From Halarcobacter sp. (GTDB lineage Bacteria > Campylobacterota > Campylobacteria > Campylobacterales > Arcobacteraceae): a stretch of DNA of 64,000 nucleotides. Below the pieces are notes generated by a model. It was not told the DNA's origin. It was given only the letters and a program-made list of their open reading frames with translations, and ran no database searches. Position 1 is the stretch's first letter. Each line of letters opens with the position of its first letter. This document shows, piece by piece, positions 38,003 to 49,108 of the stretch. A program made the translations under genes and the position numbers. The DNA is taken from NCBI GenBank assembly GCA_048571215.1, contig CP182352.1, positions 96,001 to 160,000 on the forward strand. Direction: 5' to 3'.

Positions 38003-41000
38003 ATGGGAAATAAAATTAAAGGAATAGTTGTTATATTTGTAACAATTTTTTTATTATCAGCTTGTGGGAGTGGTGGTAGTACAAAAAGTGGAATTCTAAT
38101 AGATGGAATAGTTTCAGGTATCAAATATATAAATGGCACTAAAACGGGATTTACAGACGAAGATGGAAAGTTTCCATACTCAGGTGGTGTTGTAGAGTTT
38201 TATCTTGGAAATATAAAAATTGGACAAATAGACTCTCTTTCATCAGACAATAAAGTTTTTATTCAAGATATAGTTGGTCTTGATAGAACAAATATAAGTG
38301 ATGAAAAAGTTCTTAAAATAGCTACTTTATTACAATCTTTAGATTCAAATAACAATACAGATAAAATTGAAATCACGCAAGAGATATTTGATAAGTTTAA
38401 TGACAATAATAAACTAATTGATGATATTGATATAGATGAACTATTAAGAGAAAAAAATATTGAAAAAGTCTCAGAAGAGAATGTAAAAAGACATATAAAC
38501 AATGTACTGAAAGAACACGGTATTAAAAAGGATTCAGAAGACAATTCAAAAGCTATAAAAGTTTCAAATATTTTTACAAAAAGAGGTCTAAACTCTTCTA
38601 TTACAATAACTTTTAATCAAGATATTAAGAGATTTGAAAATCAAGAGATTTTTCAATTGAAAGATGAAAGTTCACAAAATGTATCTTTTGATTTAGTTTA
38701 TAAGTTTAATAAAATAGATTTAATACTCAATAAAGAGCTAAGTTAATATGAAAACTATAAATTAAATATTGATATCTCAAAACTAAGAGGCTATGGAATA
38801 GAAGGTTTAGAAGATGACAATATAGAGTTGACTTTTGGGAAAAATGGAAGTGTTCAAACTATTGCAGATTTGGTTCCTCCTGTTATAGAACTTGATGGGG
38901 ATTATAAAAAAGAGATTTCTACAAATAAAACCCTTGCAAATTTTTCAGGGAAAGTGATTGATAATACAGAATTTGAAAAAATTGTTTTAAGCATAAATGG
39001 CAAAAATTTAGAGTTTAATGATATTATAGAAGATTTTGATTTGGATGTATCATTAAAAGCTGGTAATAATAAATATGAACTTATTGCTTATGATGGATCT
39101 GGAAACAAAACATCACTTACTGGTAATATCTATTTAGGTGATACTGTTGCAGCTGGAAACTCACACTCAGGTGCACTTTATAATGAAGAGTTATATACTT
39201 GGGGTAGAAACAATTATGCTCAAACAGGTTTGGGTTATACATCTAGTTTAAGTGATAGTTCGGAAACTGAACCACATCCTATCTCTCCTATAAAAATAGC
39301 AACACCAAGTAAGTTTGTTGCCATATCTTTTAATCAAAATTTTTCATTAGCAATTGATGAAAATGGAGACTTATATAGTTGGGGTTCAGATAAAGCTGGA
39401 GAACTAGGTAGAGGTGATGATTTAAAAGATAGTTGTAGTAAAGATAGCGATTGTAGAAAAAGTATAAAAAAAGTTGACAATTTAAATAACATCATCTCTG
39501 TTTCTGCTGGTTATAGTCACTCTTTAGCGATTAAAGATGATGGTACAGTATGGGGCTTTGGTAGTAACAAAGATGGAGAATTGGGAACAGGAACTACAAG
39601 TACTTATGTTTCTACTGCTGTAAAGGTTGTGTTTAATGATATAAATACAAATATTGTACAAGTAAGTGCAGGGTCTGATTTTTCTATAGCCTTAGATGAC
39701 ATGGGACAAGTATGGGCTTGGGGTAAAAATAATTATGGACAGATGGGACAAGGTTCTGAGTTTGGAACTGCTGACCAACTTACTCCAATAAAAGTGCCGA
39801 TTCCAAATAATGAAAAAATCATTTCAATTGCAACTGGAAAAGGACATATATTAGTTTTAAGTGAAAGTGGAAATCTCTATGGATGGGGATTAAATGCAAG
39901 TAGTCAAATTGGATATTATGGATACCAATATAAAGATACTGAAAATGCTTGGGATAGAAATATACAAGCTGTAAAACTTATATTAGAAAATGATGAAACA
40001 AATCCGATAATAGAAGTTTATGCAGGTGGAAATTCAAGTTATATTTTAAGAAAAGATAAAAAAATATATCCTTGGGGACAATATGGTGAAACAACAGATG
40101 AGGGTAAACAAGAATACAATAACTTAGATTATCCAGAAGATAAATTGACAGCTATAAAATCTGTAAAAGATATAGCCGCAGGAGCACTTCATGTGGCAGC
40201 TGTTCAAGAAAATAATACTATCTTTACTTGGAGATGGAGTTATGAAGGTTCTCTTGGTGGTGGAGAGGCTACAACAAATATTTGGTTTTATAATTATCCT
40301 ATTAAACCTATATTTGAAGATGATTCAGGTGATTCTGAAACAGATGAACCTTCTGGAAATGATGGTGAAGATTCAAAGTGGAGTTCACCTGGGGGAAATG
40401 CAACAGTTAGTTATGATGCTTTAGAACCTTTTATGAAAATTTCAAAGAGTATTTCAGAAGATGAAATTACAGGTGTTTCTCAAGGTAGAGAACTTTTTAT
40501 AGCCCAATGGCAAGTGGCACCAGGACCAAGAGAGACCTTAGATGGTCTTGGTCCGTTGTTTAATGCAAACTCGTGTACATCATGTCATATATCAAATGGT
40601 AGAGTTGCTCCATATAATGATGATGGTAGTACAGATAAATCTTTTTTATTTCGTGTAGGAAATGAAAATGGAGATACTCACCCAATATTTGGTGGACAAT
40701 TACAAACACAAGCAACAAAAGGTGAAGCAGAAAGTAGTATCACTTGGACTAAAAATTCAGATAATAAAATAGAGTTTATAACTTCTGCTGATTTAAGTTC
40801 GGATGGTTTTAATATAGGTGGTAGAATATCTCCACACCTATTAGGAACAGGACTTTTAAATTTAGTATCCCAAGAAACTATTTTAGAGTATGAAGATATC
40901 AATGATTCAAATGCAGATGGAATATCTGGAAGGGCTCACTGGGTTATAGAAGAGGGTCAAAGAAAAATTGGTAGATTTGGTTGGAAAGCAATAAATTCTA

Positions 41001-41605
41001 GTTTAAGAACACAAAATGCAGGAGCTTTACATCAAGATATGGGATTAACAAGTTCTGTAAATCCACAAGAGAATTGTACAAGCAATCAAACTATTTGCCA
41101 AGAAGAAGAGAATGGAGGAAGCCCCGAAGTTACAGAAACCTCACTTCAAGCAATTGTAGATTTTATGAGTGCCTTAGGTGTACCAGAAAGAAGAATTGAT
41201 AATCAACAAAGATTTGAAGAGGGAGCTTTAGTATTTGAAACAATTGGTTGTACTTCTTGCCATAGACCAACAATGACAACCTCTTCTAGTAGTAAATTTA
41301 GTAGTCTAAGTAATCAAAAAATCTATCCATATACAGACCTATTATTACACGATATGGGTGAAGGATTGAGTGATGGTGTAAAAGAGAAAGATGCAAGTGG
41401 AAGTGAGTGGAGAACACCACCTCTATGGGGAATTGGAATAGTTGAAGCAAAACAAAATTCAAGATTTCTACACGATGGTAGAGCTTCAAGTATAAAAGAA
41501 GCAATTGAACTTCATGGAGGGGAAGCTCAAAAAGCAAGGGATTCTTTTAGTCAATTGAATTTGGAAGAACAAGAGAAACTTTTAGAGTTTTTACGAGCAA
41601 TTTAA
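38003..41605 (+). pseudogene. ~1200-codon lipoprotein (Ig-like + RCC1 repeats + di-heme oxidoreductase DHOR/DUF1111) interrupted by one in-frame TAA at 38744-38746
   Basis: ORFs 37988..38746 and 38828..41605 share a frame and the gap is open apart from the TAA. Lipobox LSAC; RCC1 repeats (WGRNNYAQTG, WGKNNYGQMG); DGLGPLFNANSCTSCH, GRFGWKA, GCTSCH, EWRTPPLWG and LHDGRA DHOR motifs. Confidence 0.8.
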
Positions 41606-41614
41606 TATATCTAG

Positions 41615-41652
41615 TAATAGCCCTTTAACTTAGAAAAGTTAAGAGGCTATTA
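41615..41652 (+). terminator. Hairpin after the DHOR-fusion gene
   Basis: TAATAGCC..TTAACTT-AGAA-AAGTTAA..GGCTATTA. Confidence 0.65.
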
Positions 41653-41711
41653 TAAGTACCACAATACTTTTTTCATACACCCCTTAATTCAAACTATGCT
41701 AAAATCCCCCA

Positions 41712-43826
41712 ATGAATAATAAACATAAAATACTAAAAGATATTTTCGGACATGAACACTTTAGAAGCTTTCAAGAGGAAGTTGTTGATTGTATAACTAA
41801 CAAACAAGATGTTTTAACTATCCTTCCAACAGGTGGGGGAAAATCTCTTTGTTATCAACTGCCAACCTTACTTATGACTGGAGTTACTGTTGTAATATCT
41901 CCACTAATTGCACTTATGCAAGACCAAGTAAAAGCACTCAATGACTTGGATATAAAAGCAGAAATGATAAGCTCTTCCCAAAGTGCTGATGAAAATAGTT
42001 TTACAATGCAAAAGCTTTTAAAAGGTGAATTAAAATTTATCTATGTGGCACCAGAAAGGTTGGTTTCAAACGATTTTGTAGGAGTACTTCAAAGAATAGA
42101 TATAAACTATTTTGTAATAGATGAAGCCCACTGTGTATCTGCTTGGGGTCATGAGTTTAGAGCAGAGTATAGAAACCTTGATAAATTAAAAAGATTTTTT
42201 CCAAATACACCAATTGCAGCATTTACGGCAACTGCTACTAAAAAGGTTGAAACTGATATTGCTTCAAGTTTAAATTTACAAAATGCAAAACATTTTAGAG
42301 CAAAAACAGTAAGGGAAAATCTTGATATCAAGGTGGAACCACGAATATCAAATGGAAAAAAACAGATATTGAATTTTTTGAAAACCCATAAGGGTTTATG
42401 TGGGATTATATATACTTTTACACGAAAAGAAACAGAATCAACTGCACTTTTTTTACAAGAAAATGGATATAGCGCAAAAGCTTACCATGCGGGACTTAGT
42501 CCTGTAGTAAAAGATGAGGTTTACAATGACTTTGTATATGAAAAGATTGATATAGTTGTGGCAACTATCGCTTTTGGTATGGGAATTGATAAATCAAATA
42601 TAAGATTTGTTATACATACTTCTTTACCTAAAACCTTAGAAAACTATTATCAAGAGATTGGTCGTGCAGGGCGTGATGGTGAGATGTCTTATGTATATTT
42701 ACTTTATTCAAAATCTGATGAGGTAAAAAGAAAAATCCAAATAGAAGAAGCAATTGACAATGCATACAAACAAACAGGACTAGATAAGCTTGAAGCGATG
42801 TATCGATATTGTGTTAGTAATAAGTGCCGACATAAACTTATAGCAAACTATTTTGAAGATGAAATTGAAGATTGCAAAACCCTTTGTGATAATTGTACAA
42901 AAGGGGAGATTGAACTTGTAGATGTAAGTGTTGATGCCCAAAAGTTTCTAAGTGCTGTATATAGGAGTGAACAAAGATTTGGACAAAATCATATTATAGA
43001 TATTTTAAGGGGTTCCAAAAATCAAAAACTTTTAGAGTTTGGACATGACAAACTTAGTGTTTATAATATAGGGCTTGATAAAAGTAAAAATGAGTGGATA
43101 GCTATAGTTGATAAACTAATAGATATGCAAGCCCTAGCTTTAGGAGAATTTAGAGCTTTAAAAATCACCAATTTAGGTTTGCAAATATTAAAAGGGCAAG
43201 AAAAAGTTTTAATAGATAGTGATAAACTTGGACTTGCACAAAAAATAGAAGAACAGCAAGATGAGCTTAGTTTTGATGAAGAGTTATTTGAAAGATTTAG
43301 AACACTAAGACGAGAGATTGCATTGGAACATGAGGTTCCAGCTTATGTGATTTTTGGAGATAAAAGTTTAAAAGAATTAGCTTCGAAACTTCCTACAACA
43401 AAAGAGAAGATGTTGGAGATAAATGGAGTAGGTCTTGTAAAGTATGAAAAATATGGAGAGGCTTTTTTAAATTTGTGTCAAAGTATTAAGCAGGAGTATA
43501 AAGAGGTTTTAGAAACGAAAAAACCACTTAAGAAACTCACAAAAACATATTTAGAAACATTGGATTTAGTAAAAGAGAATAAAAGCTTGGAAGAGATATC
43601 TCAAATTAGAGATTTAAATATCACATCTATTTTATCCCATATATCACTTTTAAGTGAACACCAAGAGATAACAAAAAATCAAAAAGTAGAACTTCTCAAA
43701 CCTTTAGAAGTTCCAAAAGAGATAAAACTGTGGATAGAACAAGGTATAAAATTGGAGAGTTTCAAGGAACTAAGACAGCACTTATATTTATATGAATATT
43801 TATCAAAGGAATTAGATGAACTATAA
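41712..43826 (+). CDS. recQ: DNA helicase RecQ
   Basis: PTGGGKSLCYQ, DEAHCVSAWGHEFR, QEIGRAGRDG, Zn module, RQC and HRDC domains. Confidence 0.98.
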   Translation: MNNKHKILKDIFGHEHFRSFQEEVVDCITNKQDVLTILPTGGGKSLCYQLPTLLMTGVTVVISPLIALMQDQVKALNDLDIKAEMISSSQSADENSFTMQKLLKGELKFIYVAPERLVSNDFVGVLQRIDINYFVIDEAHCVSAWGHEFRAEYRNLDKLKRFFPNTPIAAFTATATKKVETDIASSLNLQNAKHFRAKTVRENLDIKVEPRISNGKKQILNFLKTHKGLCGIIYTFTRKETESTALFLQENGYSAKAYHAGLSPVVKDEVYNDFVYEKIDIVVATIAFGMGIDKSNIRFVIHTSLPKTLENYYQEIGRAGRDGEMSYVYLLYSKSDEVKRKIQIEEAIDNAYKQTGLDKLEAMYRYCVSNKCRHKLIANYFEDEIEDCKTLCDNCTKGEIELVDVSVDAQKFLSAVYRSEQRFGQNHIIDILRGSKNQKLLEFGHDKLSVYNIGLDKSKNEWIAIVDKLIDMQALALGEFRALKITNLGLQILKGQEKVLIDSDKLGLAQKIEEQQDELSFDEELFERFRTLRREIALEHEVPAYVIFGDKSLKELASKLPTTKEKMLEINGVGLVKYEKYGEAFLNLCQSIKQEYKEVLETKKPLKKLTKTYLETLDLVKENKSLEEISQIRDLNITSILSHISLLSEHQEITKNQKVELLKPLEVPKEIKLWIEQGIKLESFKELRQHLYLYEYLSKELDEL

Positions 43827-44616
43827 AGATATAGATTTTAATGAACTTTATATAAAACAAAAACAGGCTTCAACTTTTAAGATAAAAGATAAACAAGAAT
43901 GGAATAAAAAAGCTCCTTCAATGAATAAAAAGGTGCAAAAAAGCATATACAATGAAGAGCTTATTTCAAAATTAGATTTTACTGATTGTAAATCTTTACT
44001 TGATGTTGGATGTGGAGTTGGAAGTATTACAACTAAAATAGCTAAAAAACTAACTACTGTTTATGCCCTTGATTATTCGGAGACTATGTTAGAGCTTTTA
44101 AGTGAAAATATGAAAAAAACAGGTGTTGAAAATATAATAACTGTTAAAAAATCTATTGAAGATTCTTGGGATGAAGTTCCAAGTGCTGATATAGTATTGG
44201 CTTCAAGATCTATGGAAGTAACTAATATGAAAAGTTCACTTGAAAAGCTAAATGAAAAGGCAAATAAAAGGGTTTATATCTCATATAAAGTTGGTGGAAG
44301 CTTTGTTGATAAAAAAGTTTTAAAAGCTATAGATAGGGAAGTGTTTGATAAGCCTGATTATATCATAGTGTTAAATATCTTATACTCTATGGGGATAAAT
44401 GCAAAGCTTGATTATCTTAGAAGTGAGGGTAGACGAGAACAATATGATTCTAAAGAGAGTTTCATAAAAAGTGTAGAGTGGAGTTTGGATAAGTTAAGCA
44501 ATAAAGAGAAAGAACAGCTTTCAAACTATTATGATGGTTTAGAAAACAAAGAGGATTTAGGGGATAAGTTCAATTATTGGGCATTGATTTATTGGGATAA
44601 GAATAGTATATTATAA
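43816..44616 (+). CDS. Class I SAM-dependent methyltransferase
   Basis: LLDVGCGVG motif I; ALDYSETML. Confidence 0.88.
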   Translation: MNYKDIDFNELYIKQKQASTFKIKDKQEWNKKAPSMNKKVQKSIYNEELISKLDFTDCKSLLDVGCGVGSITTKIAKKLTTVYALDYSETMLELLSENMKKTGVENIITVKKSIEDSWDEVPSADIVLASRSMEVTNMKSSLEKLNEKANKRVYISYKVGGSFVDKKVLKAIDREVFDKPDYIIVLNILYSMGINAKLDYLRSEGRREQYDSKESFIKSVEWSLDKLSNKEKEQLSNYYDGLENKEDLGDKFNYWALIYWDKNSIL

Positions 44617-44628
44617 GAGTTTATCCTC

Positions 44629-45768
44629 TTATAATATATTTAGTTGATGTGCTAAATCAGCTGCAATTCTTTTATAGTTTCTAATCTCAAGAAGTCTTTC
44701 TTGACCCCTTTTACCAACCTGTGCCACATCCTCTTTTGATAAAGAGATGATATATTCGATTTTTTCTTTTATAGAGTCTTTATTAAACTTACAAAACCAA
44801 GCATCATAATCATCTGTAAAAAGTGTATTATTATTTGCATTGTTGGTCATAATACAAGGTACAGTTGATGAGTAATAATCTAAGATTTTTACTGGGGTTG
44901 AGGTATTAAATAGTGGGATATCAGGTAAGATAGATACTCCAATATCAGCTTTAGATATCAAATCAAGAAGTTGTTCTTTATTTTTTGCATTATGAATTAT
45001 CACATTATTGTTTAGATTTCCAATTGAGTTTACAACTTTTTGAGCATAATCGGGGTCTTTTGTTGAGATTGTTAATTTCCAATTATCATTTCCTATCTCA
45101 CTAAAAGCTTCTAGTACTGTTTCAAACTCTCTTAACTTATCTAAAGTCCCAGCATAGAAAAACCTCTTTTCACTACCTTCATGTTGAATATTTTCATGTA
45201 AAATTTCTGGGTCGATTGCAGGGGGACATATCATTGTTCTTATTGTTACACCTTCAAAAAACTCCTCTTTCATTTGAGTTGATGTTGGTAGGAAAATATC
45301 ACATTGATTTATAAGTTTTGTTTCTGAATAAGTGGTTAGGGTGTTGTTTAAATATTTTAAAAAACTGTTTTTATTGTTTGCTTTATCCACTTGCATTTTA
45401 GCTCTTCTTTTAGGAAAAGATAGTCTATAACCCACTTTATATTCATAGGTTCTACTTAGTGATAAAACATGTTTTAGTACATCACTACTATTTCTTACTA
45501 CTACATAAGAATAAGAAGAGATGTCTATATTATTGTTTTCTAATATATTTAGTGTTTTTGCTTTTTCCGATTTTGGTAAAATAAATTCATGTTCTTTTCT
45601 TTTTTCAAAATCTGTTTTAAACTCACTAAAGTAAACAATATCAATATCAAAATACTCTTTTAAATATTTTTCAAACAAAGGACCTATAAAACTGTGGTCT
45701 GTATATTCATCTTGATCTGTAATGTATAAAAATTTTTCCATGGCTTTACTCCTTAAATAGTTAGACAA
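44629..45768 (-). CDS. GT-B fold glycosyltransferase (GT4-like)
   Basis: FYAGTLDKLR, ADIGVS and STPVKILDY C-terminal domain pattern. Confidence 0.75.
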   Translation of the reverse strand: MSNYLRSKAMEKFLYITDQDEYTDHSFIGPLFEKYLKEYFDIDIVYFSEFKTDFEKRKEHEFILPKSEKAKTLNILENNNIDISSYSYVVVRNSSDVLKHVLSLSRTYEYKVGYRLSFPKRRAKMQVDKANNKNSFLKYLNNTLTTYSETKLINQCDIFLPTSTQMKEEFFEGVTIRTMICPPAIDPEILHENIQHEGSEKRFFYAGTLDKLREFETVLEAFSEIGNDNWKLTISTKDPDYAQKVVNSIGNLNNNVIIHNAKNKEQLLDLISKADIGVSILPDIPLFNTSTPVKILDYYSSTVPCIMTNNANNNTLFTDDYDAWFCKFNKDSIKEKIEYIISLSKEDVAQVGKRGQERLLEIRNYKRIAADLAHQLNIL

Positions 45769-45960
45769 TTATATATCTTAATAGTTGCAAAAAGAAAGCA
45801 TTGTAAAAAGATGAATAAATTTATTTAATTATATATTAGTTATTTCTTTTATGGAGAATTTAAAGTTTTTTATCTAATAATTAATTAGTTTTAATTATAA
45901 ATGATAGAAAGAGTATATATAAGGTGTTATTTAGCGTTATTTTTTAGGTAAGGTTTTAGT

Positions 45961-47022
45961 ATGTATGAAAGTATAAAGTATTATAAAGAATTTAATCAAT
46001 TAAAAAATACTAAACTTAATACTAAGGCTGAGTATATTATATTTGTAACAGAAAATTCAAATATTGATTATACTTTATTTTTATCTTTAAATATAAAATT
46101 CTATGGTGCAATTTTCCCTCAAATTATTTTTGAAAATAAAGCTTATGAAAAAGGTATATTGTTAGTTGAGTTAAAAGATTGTGCAAAGGTAGTTTTTTTT
46201 AACAATATGGCAGATGCAACTTTTGAAGAGTATCAATTTGAATATACAAAATCTATAATGACTATATTTGATGGTTTTTCTACCTCTTCATCAAAATTTT
46301 TAGAAGAGATATTTGAAAACATCAAACTTCATACAAATATATTTGGAGGAGGTGCAGGGTATTTAACTAAACCTAGAGAGAAAAATATATTTTCAAATAG
46401 TGGTAGATTTTTAGATGCAGCTTTTTTTATTTTTTTGGAAAAAAAAGTTAGTTTAGGGATAAGTCATGGATGGGAGTATTTAGAAGGTCCTTTTATAGCT
46501 ACTAAGACAGATAAAAATCAGATTGATGAGATAGATTATGAAAATGCTTTTGAAGTTTATAAAAGAGTTATTCAATTACATTGTGAAGAAAAAATCTCTA
46601 GAGCTAATTTTTTAGAAATTGCCAAAAAATACCCTTTAGGTATTATTAAATTTAATGGGGAATCGTTGATTAGAGATCCTTTTGAGATTGATAATAAAGG
46701 TAGTATAAAATTAGCTGGTGATATACATACTAATACTATTTTTAATATTTTAAAAGGTGAAAAAAAAGCATTGATAGATGCAGCTTCAAATGCGGCAAAG
46801 CAAGCTTCTGAGTGTAAAAATAAAGAGCTATTTATGTTTGAGTGTATAACTAGATTACATTTTTTAGAAAGTGATTTAGAAACTGAAATCGAAGAGATTA
46901 TAGAAAACTCAAAGGTTGAAAGTATTTATGGTGTTTTTAGTGTAGGTGAGATTGGAAATAATGGTGATAGATATATCAATATTTTAAATAAAAGTAGTGT
47001 ATTGGCTGGAATATGGCACTAA
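45961..47022 (+). CDS. FIST-domain sensor protein
   Basis: GAIFPQII, IFGGGAG, HGWE, EIDYENAFEVY, CITR, SVGEIG. Confidence 0.88.
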   Translation: MYESIKYYKEFNQLKNTKLNTKAEYIIFVTENSNIDYTLFLSLNIKFYGAIFPQIIFENKAYEKGILLVELKDCAKVVFFNNMADATFEEYQFEYTKSIMTIFDGFSTSSSKFLEEIFENIKLHTNIFGGGAGYLTKPREKNIFSNSGRFLDAAFFIFLEKKVSLGISHGWEYLEGPFIATKTDKNQIDEIDYENAFEVYKRVIQLHCEEKISRANFLEIAKKYPLGIIKFNGESLIRDPFEIDNKGSIKLAGDIHTNTIFNILKGEKKALIDAASNAAKQASECKNKELFMFECITRLHFLESDLETEIEEIIENSKVESIYGVFSVGEIGNNGDRYINILNKSSVLAGIWH

Positions 47023-48236
47023 ATAAATTAGCAATCTCATATAAGTGTTTAAACTCAATTGGAAATTCACTAAATTTAAGGCAAATGAGTAGTGAGTTTT
47101 TAAAAACTTTTGTTTTTGAAACCGATGCAGTTCATGGTTCATATTATATAAATGAAAATAATAGATATGAACAATTTATAAGTATTGGAAATAATATTTG
47201 TTTAGTATTGTCTGACTTGATTGTAGATGAAACAGCAGAGCTTATTATAGATGATTTTAATTCAACGTTTAAAGTTTTTATTTTTAAAGTTGAAAATGGA
47301 TATATGGTTTTTATATATAGTTTAGAGGTTAATATTGATTTTTTAAAAAAGATATTTGAAGCACTTAAAAATAGACTAAATATAAGTATCAATTCTTGTT
47401 TAAATGTACAAGAGTTAAAAAAAACAAATGAAGATTTATCTGAGCAAAAACTACAATTAGAAAATTTAACTATGTATTTAAAAGATGAGATAGATGCCGC
47501 AATAAAAATAAATATGCAAAAAGAGAGAAAACTTTTCGAACAATCAAAAATGTTACAAATGAGTGAACTAATAAGTAATATAGCCCATCAATGGAGACAA
47601 CCTCTAAGTGTAATAACAACATCAGCAAGTGGTATGAAAATAAAAAAAGATTTAGATATGTTATCTACTGAGGATTTTTTGCATTATGTTCAATCTATTT
47701 TAGATAATTCCAAATATTTATCAAATACTTTAGATGAGTTTAGCGAATATATAAAAGAGGGGCAAAAACAAAAAGAGGTAATCTTACAAGAAAGATTAAA
47801 ATTAGCTCTTAGTTTAATAGAATCTTCTTATAATGTAGAGAAGATAAAAGTAGTAGAAGGGTTTATAGAAAAAAAAGATATCACAATAAATATTGTTGTT
47901 GGGGATTTACTAAGAGTTTTGGTATCTATGTTCAATAACTCTAAAGATGCATTTATAATAAAAGAGATAGAAGATAGATGGGTAAAGTATGAGATTTACA
48001 AAAAAGATGAAAAAACAGCACTTATTACATTAGAGGATAATGCAGGAGGAATTCCAGAATCAATTATTGATAAAATTTTTAATCCATATTTTACTACAAA
48101 ACATCAATACAAAGGGACAGGTATAGGTTTATATTCTGCTTATGATGTTATTGTAAACAAATTAAAAGGTAAGTTAAAAGTTGAAAATACTAAAGGTGGT
48201 GCAAAGTTTTATATAGAGATACCAATATATAAATAG
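47013..48236 (+). CDS. Cytoplasmic sensor histidine kinase
   Basis: H-box IAHQWRQPL, N-box NNSKDA, DNAGGIP, FNPYFTTK, GTGIGLY. Confidence 0.93.
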   Translation: MALNKLAISYKCLNSIGNSLNLRQMSSEFLKTFVFETDAVHGSYYINENNRYEQFISIGNNICLVLSDLIVDETAELIIDDFNSTFKVFIFKVENGYMVFIYSLEVNIDFLKKIFEALKNRLNISINSCLNVQELKKTNEDLSEQKLQLENLTMYLKDEIDAAIKINMQKERKLFEQSKMLQMSELISNIAHQWRQPLSVITTSASGMKIKKDLDMLSTEDFLHYVQSILDNSKYLSNTLDEFSEYIKEGQKQKEVILQERLKLALSLIESSYNVEKIKVVEGFIEKKDITINIVVGDLLRVLVSMFNNSKDAFIIKEIEDRWVKYEIYKKDEKTALITLEDNAGGIPESIIDKIFNPYFTTKHQYKGTGIGLYSAYDVIVNKLKGKLKVENTKGGAKFYIEIPIYK

Positions 48237-48267
48237 GATTATAGTTTAGCTTGAATTGAAAGAAAAA

Positions 48268-49095
48268 TTATATTATTTTAGTAAGGTTACATAAACCTTT
48301 AAATTGTGGGAAATTATTTGAACCTTTTACAAATCTATTTGGTGTATCATTAGTAAAGTGTTTAAACTCTCTAATAAAATGAGATTGGTCAGAAAAATTA
48401 TGTTTTAAAGTAAGTTCATTAAAGTCTATATTAAATTGTCTAAATTTCATAAAGTCTAACACTGAATAAAATCTTCCTATTCTACTTATATTTTTGGGTG
48501 TTAATCCAGTGAAATCTTTTACTTTTCTTTCTATTTGTCTTATTGATAGGTTTTGTTCTTTAAAAAATCTATTTAAATCACCATCTTTATATAGTCCATT
48601 TATATTAGAAATTAGTTCATCAGCATAAAATTTGTTTTTATTGAATAATTCTAAAAAATAGGAATTAATTATATTATTTACTTTACTAATATTATGTTTA
48701 GTATCATTTATTTTGTCAATAAGTGTTTCATCAAATTGAACTCCTAAGTCTTTTGCTGTGTAGATTTTATTAGAAAACTCTATAGCTGGTATTTTAAATA
48801 ATTGATAAAAAATACTTGGATTAAAATGGATATCAATAGCATAAAAATCATCACTAATATAAGCTTCATGACTATCTAATGGAGGCATTATATAAATGCC
48901 TCTTTTAAAACTTCTATTTTCAAATAAACTTAAAGTAAGACTTCCTTCAATTACAATAAATATTGTCGCGCATCCATCTTGAAGTATTCTTTTGGCTATT
49001 TTATTTTCCCCAATGCCATTACCTATTAAAAACCAATAGGCTTTAATCCAATTTGATAATTGAAAATTTGGTAAAAACATTTTAGAAGTTAACAT
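48268..49095 (-). CDS. AraC-family regulator (DUF6597-type N terminus)
   Basis: SIRQIERK...GLTPK and FSDQSHFIREFKHFT. Confidence 0.9.
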   Translation of the reverse strand: MLTSKMFLPNFQLSNWIKAYWFLIGNGIGENKIAKRILQDGCATIFIVIEGSLTLSLFENRSFKRGIYIMPPLDSHEAYISDDFYAIDIHFNPSIFYQLFKIPAIEFSNKIYTAKDLGVQFDETLIDKINDTKHNISKVNNIINSYFLELFNKNKFYADELISNINGLYKDGDLNRFFKEQNLSIRQIERKVKDFTGLTPKNISRIGRFYSVLDFMKFRQFNIDFNELTLKHNFSDQSHFIREFKHFTNDTPNRFVKGSNNFPQFKGLCNLTKII

Positions 49096-49108
49096 TTAAT
49101 CCCTTTAT

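Noticed and set aside
38744..38746. Selenocysteine or pyrrolysine readthrough of the internal stop
   Set aside because: The codon is TAA, not TGA or TAG, and no SECIS-like hairpin follows.
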